A stretch of DNA of 64,000 bases from a virus. The stretch is taken from IMG/VR virus record IMGVR_UViG_3300036715_003363; one strand, 5' to 3'. Below the pieces are notes generated by a model that was not told the origin of the DNA, did not search any database, and saw only the letters and a program-made list of their open reading frames with translations. The translations under genes were made by a program, and so were the position numbers. Shown one piece after another: positions 20,089 to 28,954 of the stretch. Position 1 is the first letter of the stretch. Each line of letters opens with the position of its first letter.

Positions 20089-20976
20089 AAGAAGCTCCTC
20101 AAGCCTGCTACCTCTTGAAAAGCTTTGTTTCCATTTATCAAGATCTCTAACGAAGGAGTACATTTCCGCTTCGTTGCACATTGATTCAAACTTGCCAATG
20201 TCAGCACGAACTTTAAGCTGATCTTCAAACTGATTATTATACGATTCTTTCTCCCCCTCTTCCTTATTATAGGATTCGTGTAGGTCCATCATTAACACAT
20301 TATGTTTGAAGATTTCTTGATCTGATTCTGACAAAACACTAAGAATCGTATCAATGCCTTGAGCTGCAAGCCTCTTTGATCTCATTACTCCGTATCCTTC
20401 TACTCCTGGAACATTGTCGGACTTATCGCCCATTAGAGATTTAAAGTTGAGAAAGTGCTGAACTTCAACATTGTGATTCTCTTCAAAGTTTTGAACGGTT
20501 GTAATGCTTTTCTTAATTGGATTGAAATATTGAGTGTTATTGTCAATAAGCTGAAGAAGATCTTTATCAACTGATACAATAGTTGACGGCTTTAGCTTTT
20601 CTTTTGTAAGGTAACTGATAATGTCATCCGCTTCTAAGACCCACGGATACATTTGTTTTATACCGAGTGATGTAAGATACTCAGAAATAATTTCATGTTG
20701 CTCATGTACCTTAGCAGTCTTTTCTGTGTCTCTGTTCTGCTTATAAAGCTCAGGAGACAACGTTTTTCTAAAATTTGTAGATGGATGTTTAAGTCTCTTA
20801 TCCCATGTTACCCAAATTGACTTCGGTTTAAACTGGTCAACGTTTGACTTTAAAGATTTAAGAAAAATGAAAACAGGACCTGTCCATACGCCTTTTGTGT
20901 TAACAAGAGGAGATCGTGATTCCGCAACCCAAAATGCTCTGTGGAGTAAATTACTACCATCAATTATTAAATTCAT
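20077..20976 (-). CDS. rnh: T4 RNase H-like 5'-3' exonuclease (PIN/FEN fold)
   Basis: LIIDGSNLLHR, EADDII, IVSVDKDLLQL, LMGDKSDNVPGV. Confidence 0.9.
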   Translation of the reverse strand: MNLIIDGSNLLHRAFWVAESRSPLVNTKGVWTGPVFIFLKSLKSNVDQFKPKSIWVTWDKRLKHPSTNFRKTLSPELYKQNRDTEKTAKVHEQHEIISEYLTSLGIKQMYPWVLEADDIISYLTKEKLKPSTIVSVDKDLLQLIDNNTQYFNPIKKSITTVQNFEENHNVEVQHFLNFKSLMGDKSDNVPGVEGYGVMRSKRLAAQGIDTILSVLSESDQEIFKHNVLMMDLHESYNKEEGEKESYNNQFEDQLKVRADIGKFESMCNEAEMYSFVRDLDKWKQSFSRGSRLEELLSGF

Positions 20977-21048
20977 ATAGGAATGATATAATACAATTTA
21001 TAATAAACAACTCTTGATTTTAAATTTATTCCATCTATTATTTTTGAT

Positions 21049-21345
21049 ATGCACAACCGAGAACAACTACTAAAATCTCTCCATGAGAGTAATGTTGCAG
21101 TTACATTTACAAAAGCTGATGGCACTGAGCGTCGAATGCTTTGCACTCTTCGATCCGATGCTCTTCCGGCAGTTGACGAAAAAAAGATAGCTGGAACATA
21201 TACTGATGAAGTAATTCGTGTTTGGGATCTTGACAACAGCGAATGGAGATCATTTAAGGTTGATTCCGTTAAACACACAGAAGTTTTCCTCAGTACAGCC
21301 GCTCCAAAAACAGAAACCTACATAACACCAACAGTAACAATATGA
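21049..21345 (+). CDS. WYL-like/SH3 beta-barrel protein
   Basis: VTFTKADGTERRMLCTL...VWDLDNSEWRSFKVDSV. Confidence 0.75.
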   Translation: MHNREQLLKSLHESNVAVTFTKADGTERRMLCTLRSDALPAVDEKKIAGTYTDEVIRVWDLDNSEWRSFKVDSVKHTEVFLSTAAPKTETYITPTVTI

Positions 21346-21539
21346 CAAACCTCATCTGGCCATCCATGCAAATTGCTAAATCATCTAAGATTTGGCATTC
21401 CGTTCCTCCTAAAAATGCTTCTCCTGCAGCTTACGCTGAGTGGAAAAAAGAGGCTCAGTACAACAAGCGCCTTATGCTCGGCCTTATTGTGGAAGAAAGG
21501 CGCGAAAAGAAAGTTGATAAAAATAAAGAAAAGCAATAA
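21342..21539 (+). CDS. Hypothetical protein
   Basis: 65 aa, translationally coupled. Confidence 0.5.
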   Translation: MTNLIWPSMQIAKSSKIWHSVPPKNASPAAYAEWKKEAQYNKRLMLGLIVEERREKKVDKNKEKQ

Positions 21540-21547
21540 GTCTTATT

Positions 21548-21817
21548 ATGAGTGACTTTCCAACAATATTCCAAGTTAAACCTGAGCAAGTAGGATCAAC
21601 TGACATTAATCAGTTCCTGCTCTCTGCCATTGCCAGAGAGTTTGGAGATAACTATTCTATTGTTACTGAACAAACAACTGATAGAATTGTCCCTTATGTA
21701 AAAGGTCTTCGTAAGATTAAGTCCTATGCTGTTGAAGCTCGTGGAGTAACTCATTCTCTATTCTTTGACATTACTGAAGTTTCTTCAGCTAATGCAATCA
21801 ATTGGGGCGGACGATGA
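21548..21817 (+). CDS. Hypothetical protein
   Basis: 89 aa ORF. Confidence 0.6.
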   Translation: MSDFPTIFQVKPEQVGSTDINQFLLSAIAREFGDNYSIVTEQTTDRIVPYVKGLRKIKSYAVEARGVTHSLFFDITEVSSANAINWGGR

Positions 21818-22131
21818 GTAACAGCTTCATTACATCCGCAACAAACACTCTTAAAGATGTTGCAAAAACAATGCAGGAAAGAGGAGCGCAGTACTCCGAC
21901 ACTTGGGGTGAAAAAGGCAGCTGGAATCTCACAAGAGCTCTTATCAAAGAGTATACCGGCAAAGATATCACCGATGATGAGTGTAAGGCAATTACGCTTG
22001 CGGGATTCGTTGATCAAAAATATTCGCGCCTTGCGGGAGGATATAGCCGCGACACAATGCTAGATCTGATTCCCTATGCTGCAGCTCTGGTCGATGTATT
22101 CAACAAAGAGAAGAACAATAAGCCAGTGTAA
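21814..22131 (+). CDS. DUF6378/nucleotide-modification-associated helical protein (possible NTP pyrophosphohydrolase-like)
   Basis: ERGAQYSD...KYSRL...RDTMLDLIPYAA; ATG 21814 overlaps upstream stop. Confidence 0.45.
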   Translation: MSNSFITSATNTLKDVAKTMQERGAQYSDTWGEKGSWNLTRALIKEYTGKDITDDECKAITLAGFVDQKYSRLAGGYSRDTMLDLIPYAAALVDVFNKEKNNKPV

Positions 22132-22157
22132 CTCAATCACCATAAGAGCTGCAGAGG

Positions 22158-22835
22158 TTAATACTCGCCGTACGGAGATGACAGATCTCCATACTTAAAG
22201 ATTTGATCTGCTGCAATATCAACTGATTGTTGAATTGGAGTTTCTTCGTCAATTGGAACACCAAGAGGTGTCTCACTTCCGTAAGTACCTCCATCAGAAA
22301 TTTGAGTGTTGAGAGGCTCTTTATGAGTTCCAGGCTCGTAGGAGTACTCCCAACGCTTACATTTAATGTACCACACATAGTGACCCATTAGTGCATTTGT
22401 CATTGGAAGATATTGATCGTCACGCTCAGTAATTTCATAAATTGGCGCACCGCGTCCGTTTGGGCGATCTCCTGTGCCTCCATATTCCTGTAACTCAATA
22501 AGATCTCCTGACTTAGGCTCTTTGCCAGTACCAAAGGTGTCATAAAAACTCGAAATATGAACAACTGCAGTCATATCGCAATCAGCCATAATTCCAAACT
22601 TAGATAAAAGGATTGAATCGTTTGTAATATCAGTAACCATTACCACATTACCTGCGCTTAGAAATGTAGCAGTTGGATCTTCACCATATAAAAAATTATG
22701 AGAGGACAAGCTGTATCCATTTGTGTAGTAAATTACGTTTACACCGTAGTGTTCAATTTGTTCTTTCCACCAACGCGAATAGTTTTCGCGCTCATTGGCG
22801 TTAATATTTTTATTAAGATATCTAACTTTTTGCAT
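22158..22835 (-). CDS. Neck protein, T4 gp14-like
   Basis: EQIEHYGVNVIYY, ILLSKFGI, PKSGDLI, YVWYIKCKRWEYSYE. Confidence 0.75.
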   Translation of the reverse strand: MQKVRYLNKNINANERENYSRWWKEQIEHYGVNVIYYTNGYSLSSHNFLYGEDPTATFLSAGNVVMVTDITNDSILLSKFGIMADCDMTAVVHISSFYDTFGTGKEPKSGDLIELQEYGGTGDRPNGRGAPIYEITERDDQYLPMTNALMGHYVWYIKCKRWEYSYEPGTHKEPLNTQISDGGTYGSETPLGVPIDEETPIQQSVDIAADQIFKYGDLSSPYGEY

Positions 22836-22837
22836 TA

Positions 22838-23422
22838 TTACTTAGTTTGTAAAAGACGAGATCTCATCATGCTTCTTATTAAAGAGTGTCTTCTTTTTTT
22901 CTTTGCGGGGTCCCTTACAAGACCTTCAAGAGACTTAACTGACTCACCGAGAAATCTCGGCTTTTTAAGCCATTTGTTGGTATATGGGTGATAAGCAGCA
23001 TCATAATCTTCAGCATGAAGAGTGCGAATAGTTGGAAGATATTCAAGAGGATGCTGAGAACCATCCGCAAGATGTCCGTTTAGATTTTTAATTGTTTCAA
23101 GAATTTTTTCTTTTAAAACATCCGCGAGATTGGTTGTATCAATTTGAACCTTAACAATGAGAGGGCACGTAGAACTGGATTTTTCCTTTAGTATTGGTCC
23201 AACTATCATATAGTCTTTACAACGCGTTGTCCCTGATTCTCCCTCAGCGCTATTAATGGTATTGATGTCGACCATGATCTGAGTCTTGATCTTTGGTTGC
23301 AGCTGAGGCTCGCCTCCATCCGGCGGGAAATAAAACACACGAGGATCAAGACTATTAACAGGATAAGGGTTTGTGTGATATTTTACGTATGCATCACCGA
23401 CGGCCTTTTCAAACAGATTCAT
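22838..23422 (-). CDS. Hypothetical late protein
   Basis: 194 aa, TAAGTA upstream. Confidence 0.6.
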   Translation of the reverse strand: MNLFEKAVGDAYVKYHTNPYPVNSLDPRVFYFPPDGGEPQLQPKIKTQIMVDINTINSAEGESGTTRCKDYMIVGPILKEKSSSTCPLIVKVQIDTTNLADVLKEKILETIKNLNGHLADGSQHPLEYLPTIRTLHAEDYDAAYHPYTNKWLKKPRFLGESVKSLEGLVRDPAKKKRRHSLIRSMMRSRLLQTK

Positions 23423-23445
23423 CTAGTACTTATGCTAAATTTGTA

Positions 23446-23477
23446 CAAAAAAATAGCCCCAAAAAGGGGCTATTTTC
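23446..23477. terminator. Rho-independent terminator (potentially bidirectional)
   Basis: AAAAAATAGCCCC-AAAA-AGGGGCTATTTT downstream of 23497-24255. Confidence 0.8.
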
Positions 23478-23496
23478 TTTTAATTGCTAATTAAGA

Positions 23497-24255
23497 TTAT
23501 TTGAAGTAATCGCCGACCTTAATGTTTGAAGTCTTTACAGTGAACTTCTTTGTGTTGCGAAGATCTGAATCGCTTGAGCTAAGTGCTTTTGGCTCTGGAT
23601 CTTCATCAACGTCTCCATTGGACGCTCTACCGCCCTTTGGCTTTACTGTTGAAGAAGTTGTGAACTTCTTCGTGTTCTGAAGTGATGCTTTCTTGTCGCT
23701 AAGAGCTCTTGGCTCTGGGGCTTCAACAGCTTCGTGAAATGACTCACCAAACTCTTCTTCCTCATCTTCACCAGTCTCTTCCTCACTATCTTCGTCACTA
23801 TCTTCCTCACCATCTTCGTCACTATCTTCCTCACTAGCAACACCGCTTACTTTATCAAGGATGGCTTGAAGTGAATCGATAATTCCGCGAAGATCGTCGG
23901 AGAGAGTTGAAACTTCATCATCAGTTGACTCAATTTCATCATGAGTTTCTCCAGGAGTTGTTGGTACTTCTTCTACGTCATCCTCAATACCATGTTCGTC
24001 GCCGAAATCTTCATTGAGCGTAGATTTGAAGAGCTTTTCGAACGTACCTTCGAACGCACTCTTTTGTGTGGTTTTCATAGATTCTTTAACTGCTTTCTTT
24101 TTTCCTGCAGCTGGTTTTTTAAAGCTTTTTGTTGACTTTGAGTCGGTGCCAGTTCCCTTTACAGGCTTTTCCTTGCCCTTCGCAGCGAAGGATGGAAGTT
24201 TAGCTTCGTTTAGAAGCACTTGATTTTCGTAAATGTCGGACAGAAGGTTTTTCAT
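23497..24255 (-). CDS. Acidic late protein, candidate prohead core/internal head protein
   Basis: N-terminus MKNLLSDIYENQVLLNE, internal FKSTLNE, E/D-rich tract, duplicated PEP(R/K)ALS...L.NTKKFT repeat, own terminator. Confidence 0.55.
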   Translation of the reverse strand: MKNLLSDIYENQVLLNEAKLPSFAAKGKEKPVKGTGTDSKSTKSFKKPAAGKKKAVKESMKTTQKSAFEGTFEKLFKSTLNEDFGDEHGIEDDVEEVPTTPGETHDEIESTDDEVSTLSDDLRGIIDSLQAILDKVSGVASEEDSDEDGEEDSDEDSEEETGEDEEEEFGESFHEAVEAPEPRALSDKKASLQNTKKFTTSSTVKPKGGRASNGDVDEDPEPKALSSSDSDLRNTKKFTVKTSNIKVGDYFK

Positions 24256-24296
24256 GTTGTATATTTATTTATTCTAAAATGGTAACTTTTCTCTGT

Positions 24297-24542
24297 TTAA
24301 GATATTTGATAGTAAGGAATTTTTACTGATACGTTGTTTACAGTTGTAAAAATATAACCAATAAAAGCTCCTGCAGAGGCAGTAACTACATTTGTATTAA
24401 AAGGAGCCACGCTTACACTCATAAAATTTGTTGAGAGCGTTGTAAGTGAAGTATCAAGATTATTGAAATTGCTATTAAGCACATCAAGAGAGTCTCCGAT
24501 GCATTGATTCTGATCGATTTGACTTGTATAGTTTGTTGACAT
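24297..24542 (-). CDS. Small baseplate/fibre adaptor protein
   Basis: QCIGDSLDVLNSNFNNLD anchor. Confidence 0.6.
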   Translation of the reverse strand: MSTNYTSQIDQNQCIGDSLDVLNSNFNNLDTSLTTLSTNFMSVSVAPFNTNVVTASAGAFIGYIFTTVNNVSVKIPYYQIS

Positions 24543-24544
24543 TG

Positions 24545-25183
24545 TTAATATTTAATGCAGTATAGTAAAGCAATGTTACTCGGGCGAGTTTCCACGTCAC
24601 CAGTACTTGCAATACTAACACCTGTCGTTGCAGCATTTGTCGCTGGAATATTCTGTACGTTATATCCTGCCTGATTACTTACAGAAAAGGCACTTCCTCC
24701 TCCCCACGCATTTGGACTTAAACTGTGAGCGTGACCAGGATCAATAACGCCGTGAGTGTGGCTCGCAAGTGTATCAGTTTGTAGTGCACCGAAAGTTCCA
24801 GAGGATGTTCCGTCAGAATTTGTGCCATAACCACGAACAAAGTATCCTCTTAAGTCTGGGATTGTTCCAGCGACGCCAAATGAAGTTCCAACTATAGCAT
24901 ACAAGCTACTGAAGTTAGCTGTGATTCCTTGCACTGTACCAGTTCCGTTCGGAACAACCACTCCATTAGCTAATAGCCATCCCGTGGGTTGAGTTTGCTG
25001 CACAAAAGCCTGGATTGCTCCGGCTGGAATTCCTATTACGGCTAGCGTTGCAAGAAGAGCTGCAATTTGTGATTGATTATCACATTCTGCGGCTGCTAGA
25101 GTATTAAAATTTGCATTAATCGTTGCAAGAGAATTTCCAACACATTCAGTCGCTTGGATTGTTGTTACTGTTGGACAAGACAT
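24545..25183 (-). CDS. Tail collar domain protein (short tail fibre-like)
   Basis: ECVGNS anchor; GAIQAF...PTGWLLANG...IPDLRGYFVRG; ETRPSNIALLYCIKY. Confidence 0.9.
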   Translation of the reverse strand: MSCPTVTTIQATECVGNSLATINANFNTLAAAECDNQSQIAALLATLAVIGIPAGAIQAFVQQTQPTGWLLANGVVVPNGTGTVQGITANFSSLYAIVGTSFGVAGTIPDLRGYFVRGYGTNSDGTSSGTFGALQTDTLASHTHGVIDPGHAHSLSPNAWGGGSAFSVSNQAGYNVQNIPATNAATTGVSIASTGDVETRPSNIALLYCIKY

Positions 25184-25210
25184 TGTATTATACTTTATTT
25201 ATGGATTAAT

Positions 25211-26617
25211 TTATCCAATACAACTCGGATCGAAATATTTTATTAGAGTGCTATAGTTTGCCCATAGATAACCGAGTATTCTATTTATTACAGCGGCAGA
25301 CACAATCTCATTCTGTCCGATTATTATTAGGTCCTTTGAATATGTTGGGCCAACATAAGCTGCGCATGCATTCGATCCAAAAAACACAGTATGTCTCATA
25401 ATTTCAATATTGTCCCACACGCGCTGAAACGCTCTATTATATACCCAGTTCTGTACATACTCTTCTTTGTTTATAAGTATTGCTTGGAGAGGCCAATAAA
25501 TGCTTGGTAAATCTCCTTTTGTTTTGTTTAATATCATTCTATCAACACTTTTATAAATTTTATCACCAAAGGGCACAATAAGATTTCTAAATTCATCATG
25601 AAAAGCGCAAGATGCGCCACTCAGCCCAACAACACCATTTATTGCGCTTCCTGCAAAAACACCACTCTTAAAAAACCTCAATACAGTTGAATCAAATGTT
25701 ACATACAAAATTTCTTTGTTGTGGTTTGTCGTTATTTTTTTTGGTGTTTGTGAAATATTATAAAATGAATATCTCGTTAAATAGGATCCTTTTTGATCGT
25801 ATACGAATATTCCGTTAGTAGTTAATATGTGTGCATTTAAACTTGAGTCAACTGCACAACTAATAGGTGGAGACGAAAGTGTAAAATGTATATCGTCAAC
25901 AATTGTTAAAATCCATGTACCTGTTGATGTAAACTTTTTTACGCAAGCATTTCCTGTATCACATATCCATACATTATCATTAGAGTCAATGTGCAAATCA
26001 TTCGGTGAATTAAATCCTGTTTTAGAGCTTTTGCCGCCAAATCCGCCCCAGTTAGTGAATAGACTCCATGATGTTGAGTCTAAGCTATTTTCGTTGTAAT
26101 CAAATCCAGCGACTGCATTAAGAGCTCTATCAACAACATACACGCGTCCCGTAGAATCAAGACTAATCGCGCGAAGGTCTTGGAAAGTAAATATTGAATT
26201 GTATACATTGTTTTCATCAAAAAACGTTGCTTCATAGTCTGATGAAAGAAGTTTAATTTTTGTCTGTGTAGTGCAATATAATATGTTGCTTGCGCTATAT
26301 ACACTTGTAATTTCGCATGACGATCTTGAAATCGCTCCTATGTTAATATTATTCCAATATGTATCAATCCCTGGGATATTGACATTCCAAGTTGTTGTGT
26401 TGCAAACACTTGTAATATTTTGATTGCACGGTTGAAGAGATAAATTCCAAGTTGTTTGAAGTGCATTATTTTGTCTTACTTTATACCACGTAATTTGATC
26501 ACGTGAATTAGAACTTCTTCTGCTTTTCCAGCTCCATTCTTGACAATATTGACCGAGGCATGTCGGATTAGTGACAGAGCTTTCACAAGTAAAATCATTC
26601 CACGCTATATTTGACAT
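25211..26617 (-). CDS. NHL-repeat (beta-propeller) virion protein
   Basis: ISLDSTGRVYVVD, FNSPNDLHIDSNDNVWICDTGN repeats. Confidence 0.8.
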   Translation of the reverse strand: MSNIAWNDFTCESSVTNPTCLGQYCQEWSWKSRRSSNSRDQITWYKVRQNNALQTTWNLSLQPCNQNITSVCNTTTWNVNIPGIDTYWNNINIGAISRSSCEITSVYSASNILYCTTQTKIKLLSSDYEATFFDENNVYNSIFTFQDLRAISLDSTGRVYVVDRALNAVAGFDYNENSLDSTSWSLFTNWGGFGGKSSKTGFNSPNDLHIDSNDNVWICDTGNACVKKFTSTGTWILTIVDDIHFTLSSPPISCAVDSSLNAHILTTNGIFVYDQKGSYLTRYSFYNISQTPKKITTNHNKEILYVTFDSTVLRFFKSGVFAGSAINGVVGLSGASCAFHDEFRNLIVPFGDKIYKSVDRMILNKTKGDLPSIYWPLQAILINKEEYVQNWVYNRAFQRVWDNIEIMRHTVFFGSNACAAYVGPTYSKDLIIIGQNEIVSAAVINRILGYLWANYSTLIKYFDPSCIG

Positions 26618-26625
26618 TATATTAT

Positions 26626-28944
26626 TTAACAGGCTAGCTTATTCCAATTAGGAGCCGAACCAGGATTAATTGTGCAATCCATATCATTCCATGTTTTAAT
26701 AAGCTGTGATGAATTTGATGTATTAAACGTTGATACATTTCCAAGCCATCCGACAGATATTGAAGGAGAGCTGTCGTACATCATTCTGCGTTCGTTTAAA
26801 TAGTCTAGATTCGCACAGAACTTCTGAATTACTGAATTAATATTATCGTCTACAACACTATCATTGCTTGCAACTTTAATTGGATCTGTGTATGGCATTA
26901 AGAGAGGTGTTGTTTTTGTAATAAATTTTGATTCATCAACATCGTCATAACTCGAAACTACATATACAATATTATCGATTTTCTTAGACACTACATTATT
27001 TCCATTAATTTCTACTCCGCTAAGAATAAGAGATTTATATCCCGGAGTATTATAAGTGTAGTAGAAGTCTGAAACAGATAAAAGGTTTATGGAGTTTGTA
27101 TCGTCAAAGTAAACAGTGAGGTTCTGAAGATTGGAGAAATTATTTGTAAGATTTTGAAATTTAATTGAGCTGCCTGTCAATACAACATAGTTAGGAGTAA
27201 ATATTTTTATGCCTGGAGCTCCAAAAATATTTAGCGAACTTGACGCTGTTGTAACAGTACTCTTATTTTGCCAGTCATATGGAGCCGCGCTAATACTACA
27301 TGTTGTTGATACCTGAGCTTGAAGTGTTACCGTTGTAAGCGGTATATTATCAATTGTAAATATATTGCCGTTGTAAGGTTGTATTAGTTCAAGATTATAA
27401 GGATATACTGCTCCTGCAATTGTAGTTGATGACCAGTCTGGTGATACTAACGACCATGTCGTCGCAGAGTTAATGCATTGAACTGGCGATGTCGCAACTG
27501 CTGATAGAGCTCCTTCTAATCTCCATTTTTTTGGAAACGCTCCGGAGAGTGCAACTGTTCCCCAGCTGGATGGATGCGGATTGAGTGTTATTGCTGATCC
27601 GTAACTATTAAAAGTTTTCCAAACCCATACAATTCCATACTTATCATAATATGGATTTATAGTTTGGGACTGTCCTCCTCCTGCAACACTGAGTTTCGCA
27701 GAATAATTACTAGTCACATTAAGAGCTTGAAATATGTTTGTATTTCCGTTAGTTCCTGCATTAAAACTATATACAGTGCCTTCGTAAGGAATAACACTAA
27801 GACTTTGATTTAATGTTGAGCCAGACAGAGGATTTCCAGAAACGTCAATAGTAGATGAATAATACGGATAAAATAATAAAGCTCCAGACCTGTCGTCATA
27901 ATACTTTGTTGGAGCGGAACTTAATACTGCTGAGTTGCTGACAAACAAAGATATTGGATAAACCGGATAGCTTCCAATTTTTGATGTAACGTCGATTGTA
28001 TTTGTTGATGATAGAAGAGTATTTTTTGCTGATAGACCTGCAAGAGACCATATATATCTTGCTGTTGAGTCATTAATGTTTTTTGCTGAAAGATTAATTG
28101 TCTCAGTGTGTCCTTCACCGTAGAAATAAACGCCGTTACTTTGACTTTGAGCGCCGCCGGATAGAATTGTCTGCACGGATCCATTGTTAAAAACTATCGT
28201 TGGATATACAATAAAATTCGCTTGAGGAAACGAACTTATAAAAATTGCACTCATACTAAAAGGATATGTATGAGCAGTCCAAAAACTTGATAAACTATTG
28301 ATTGCAGATATTGCAGAAACAGTCATACTAACTGAACACACCGTCGGAAAAGTTGCATTGAAACTCGACACTGAGCTAAATGCTGTTAGCCGCGTGCTAT
28401 TTACACTAAGATTTATATTGTAGTAGTTAGATGATAGGGACGTAGTTGAAACACCATCGACGATACATGATAGTTTTACTGGATAAGTTGCACACAACGT
28501 TCTATAGAAAGAATTACTATTATTTGTATTTTCGTAATTTACAAAGAGAGTGTTGTTAAGAATTGGAAAGCTGTCTGCTGTAACTGCTGTTATAGAGGTA
28601 GAGGTTGAAAAATTAAAAATCGATCCTGATAGAGAAACATTATATAGTGAGTAAGATGATATTTGAGGATAATATGTAGGGGTTGTAAAATTGACAACAA
28701 TAGGGTTTAAACTACTAGCAAGACCAGTTAGGGTTGATGTATATGATTTGTTATTACCTGTAAGCAACGTTGTAAATACGCCGAAATCAGCCGAACTATT
28801 CCAACTTATAGGAATATTTCCTGTTACCTGCACATATGTAGTTGATACACTCGGATTCCACAAAAGCGTGGCCGTTAAAGAGCGCGTAAAAGGCGCGGTA
28901 TTAAAGGCATTAATTTGAACAAGAGCGCTGCTTAATAGTGACAT
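26626..28944 (-). CDS. Large Ser/Thr-rich virion (tail) protein, PKD-like segment near C-terminus
   Basis: 772 aa beta-rich; SIKFQNLT...YYTYNTPGYKSLIL. Confidence 0.65.
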   Translation of the reverse strand: MSLLSSALVQINAFNTAPFTRSLTATLLWNPSVSTTYVQVTGNIPISWNSSADFGVFTTLLTGNNKSYTSTLTGLASSLNPIVVNFTTPTYYPQISSYSLYNVSLSGSIFNFSTSTSITAVTADSFPILNNTLFVNYENTNNSNSFYRTLCATYPVKLSCIVDGVSTTSLSSNYYNINLSVNSTRLTAFSSVSSFNATFPTVCSVSMTVSAISAINSLSSFWTAHTYPFSMSAIFISSFPQANFIVYPTIVFNNGSVQTILSGGAQSQSNGVYFYGEGHTETINLSAKNINDSTARYIWSLAGLSAKNTLLSSTNTIDVTSKIGSYPVYPISLFVSNSAVLSSAPTKYYDDRSGALLFYPYYSSTIDVSGNPLSGSTLNQSLSVIPYEGTVYSFNAGTNGNTNIFQALNVTSNYSAKLSVAGGGQSQTINPYYDKYGIVWVWKTFNSYGSAITLNPHPSSWGTVALSGAFPKKWRLEGALSAVATSPVQCINSATTWSLVSPDWSSTTIAGAVYPYNLELIQPYNGNIFTIDNIPLTTVTLQAQVSTTCSISAAPYDWQNKSTVTTASSSLNIFGAPGIKIFTPNYVVLTGSSIKFQNLTNNFSNLQNLTVYFDDTNSINLLSVSDFYYTYNTPGYKSLILSGVEINGNNVVSKKIDNIVYVVSSYDDVDESKFITKTTPLLMPYTDPIKVASNDSVVDDNINSVIQKFCANLDYLNERRMMYDSSPSISVGWLGNVSTFNTSNSSQLIKTWNDMDCTINPGSAPNWNKLAC

Positions 28945-28954
28945 CTATTGTTAT

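Noticed and set aside
26618-26628. Stop readthrough fusing 26626-28944 to 25211-26617
   Set aside because: The 8-nt gap puts the genes out of frame, and the junction carries its own TAAATA promoter
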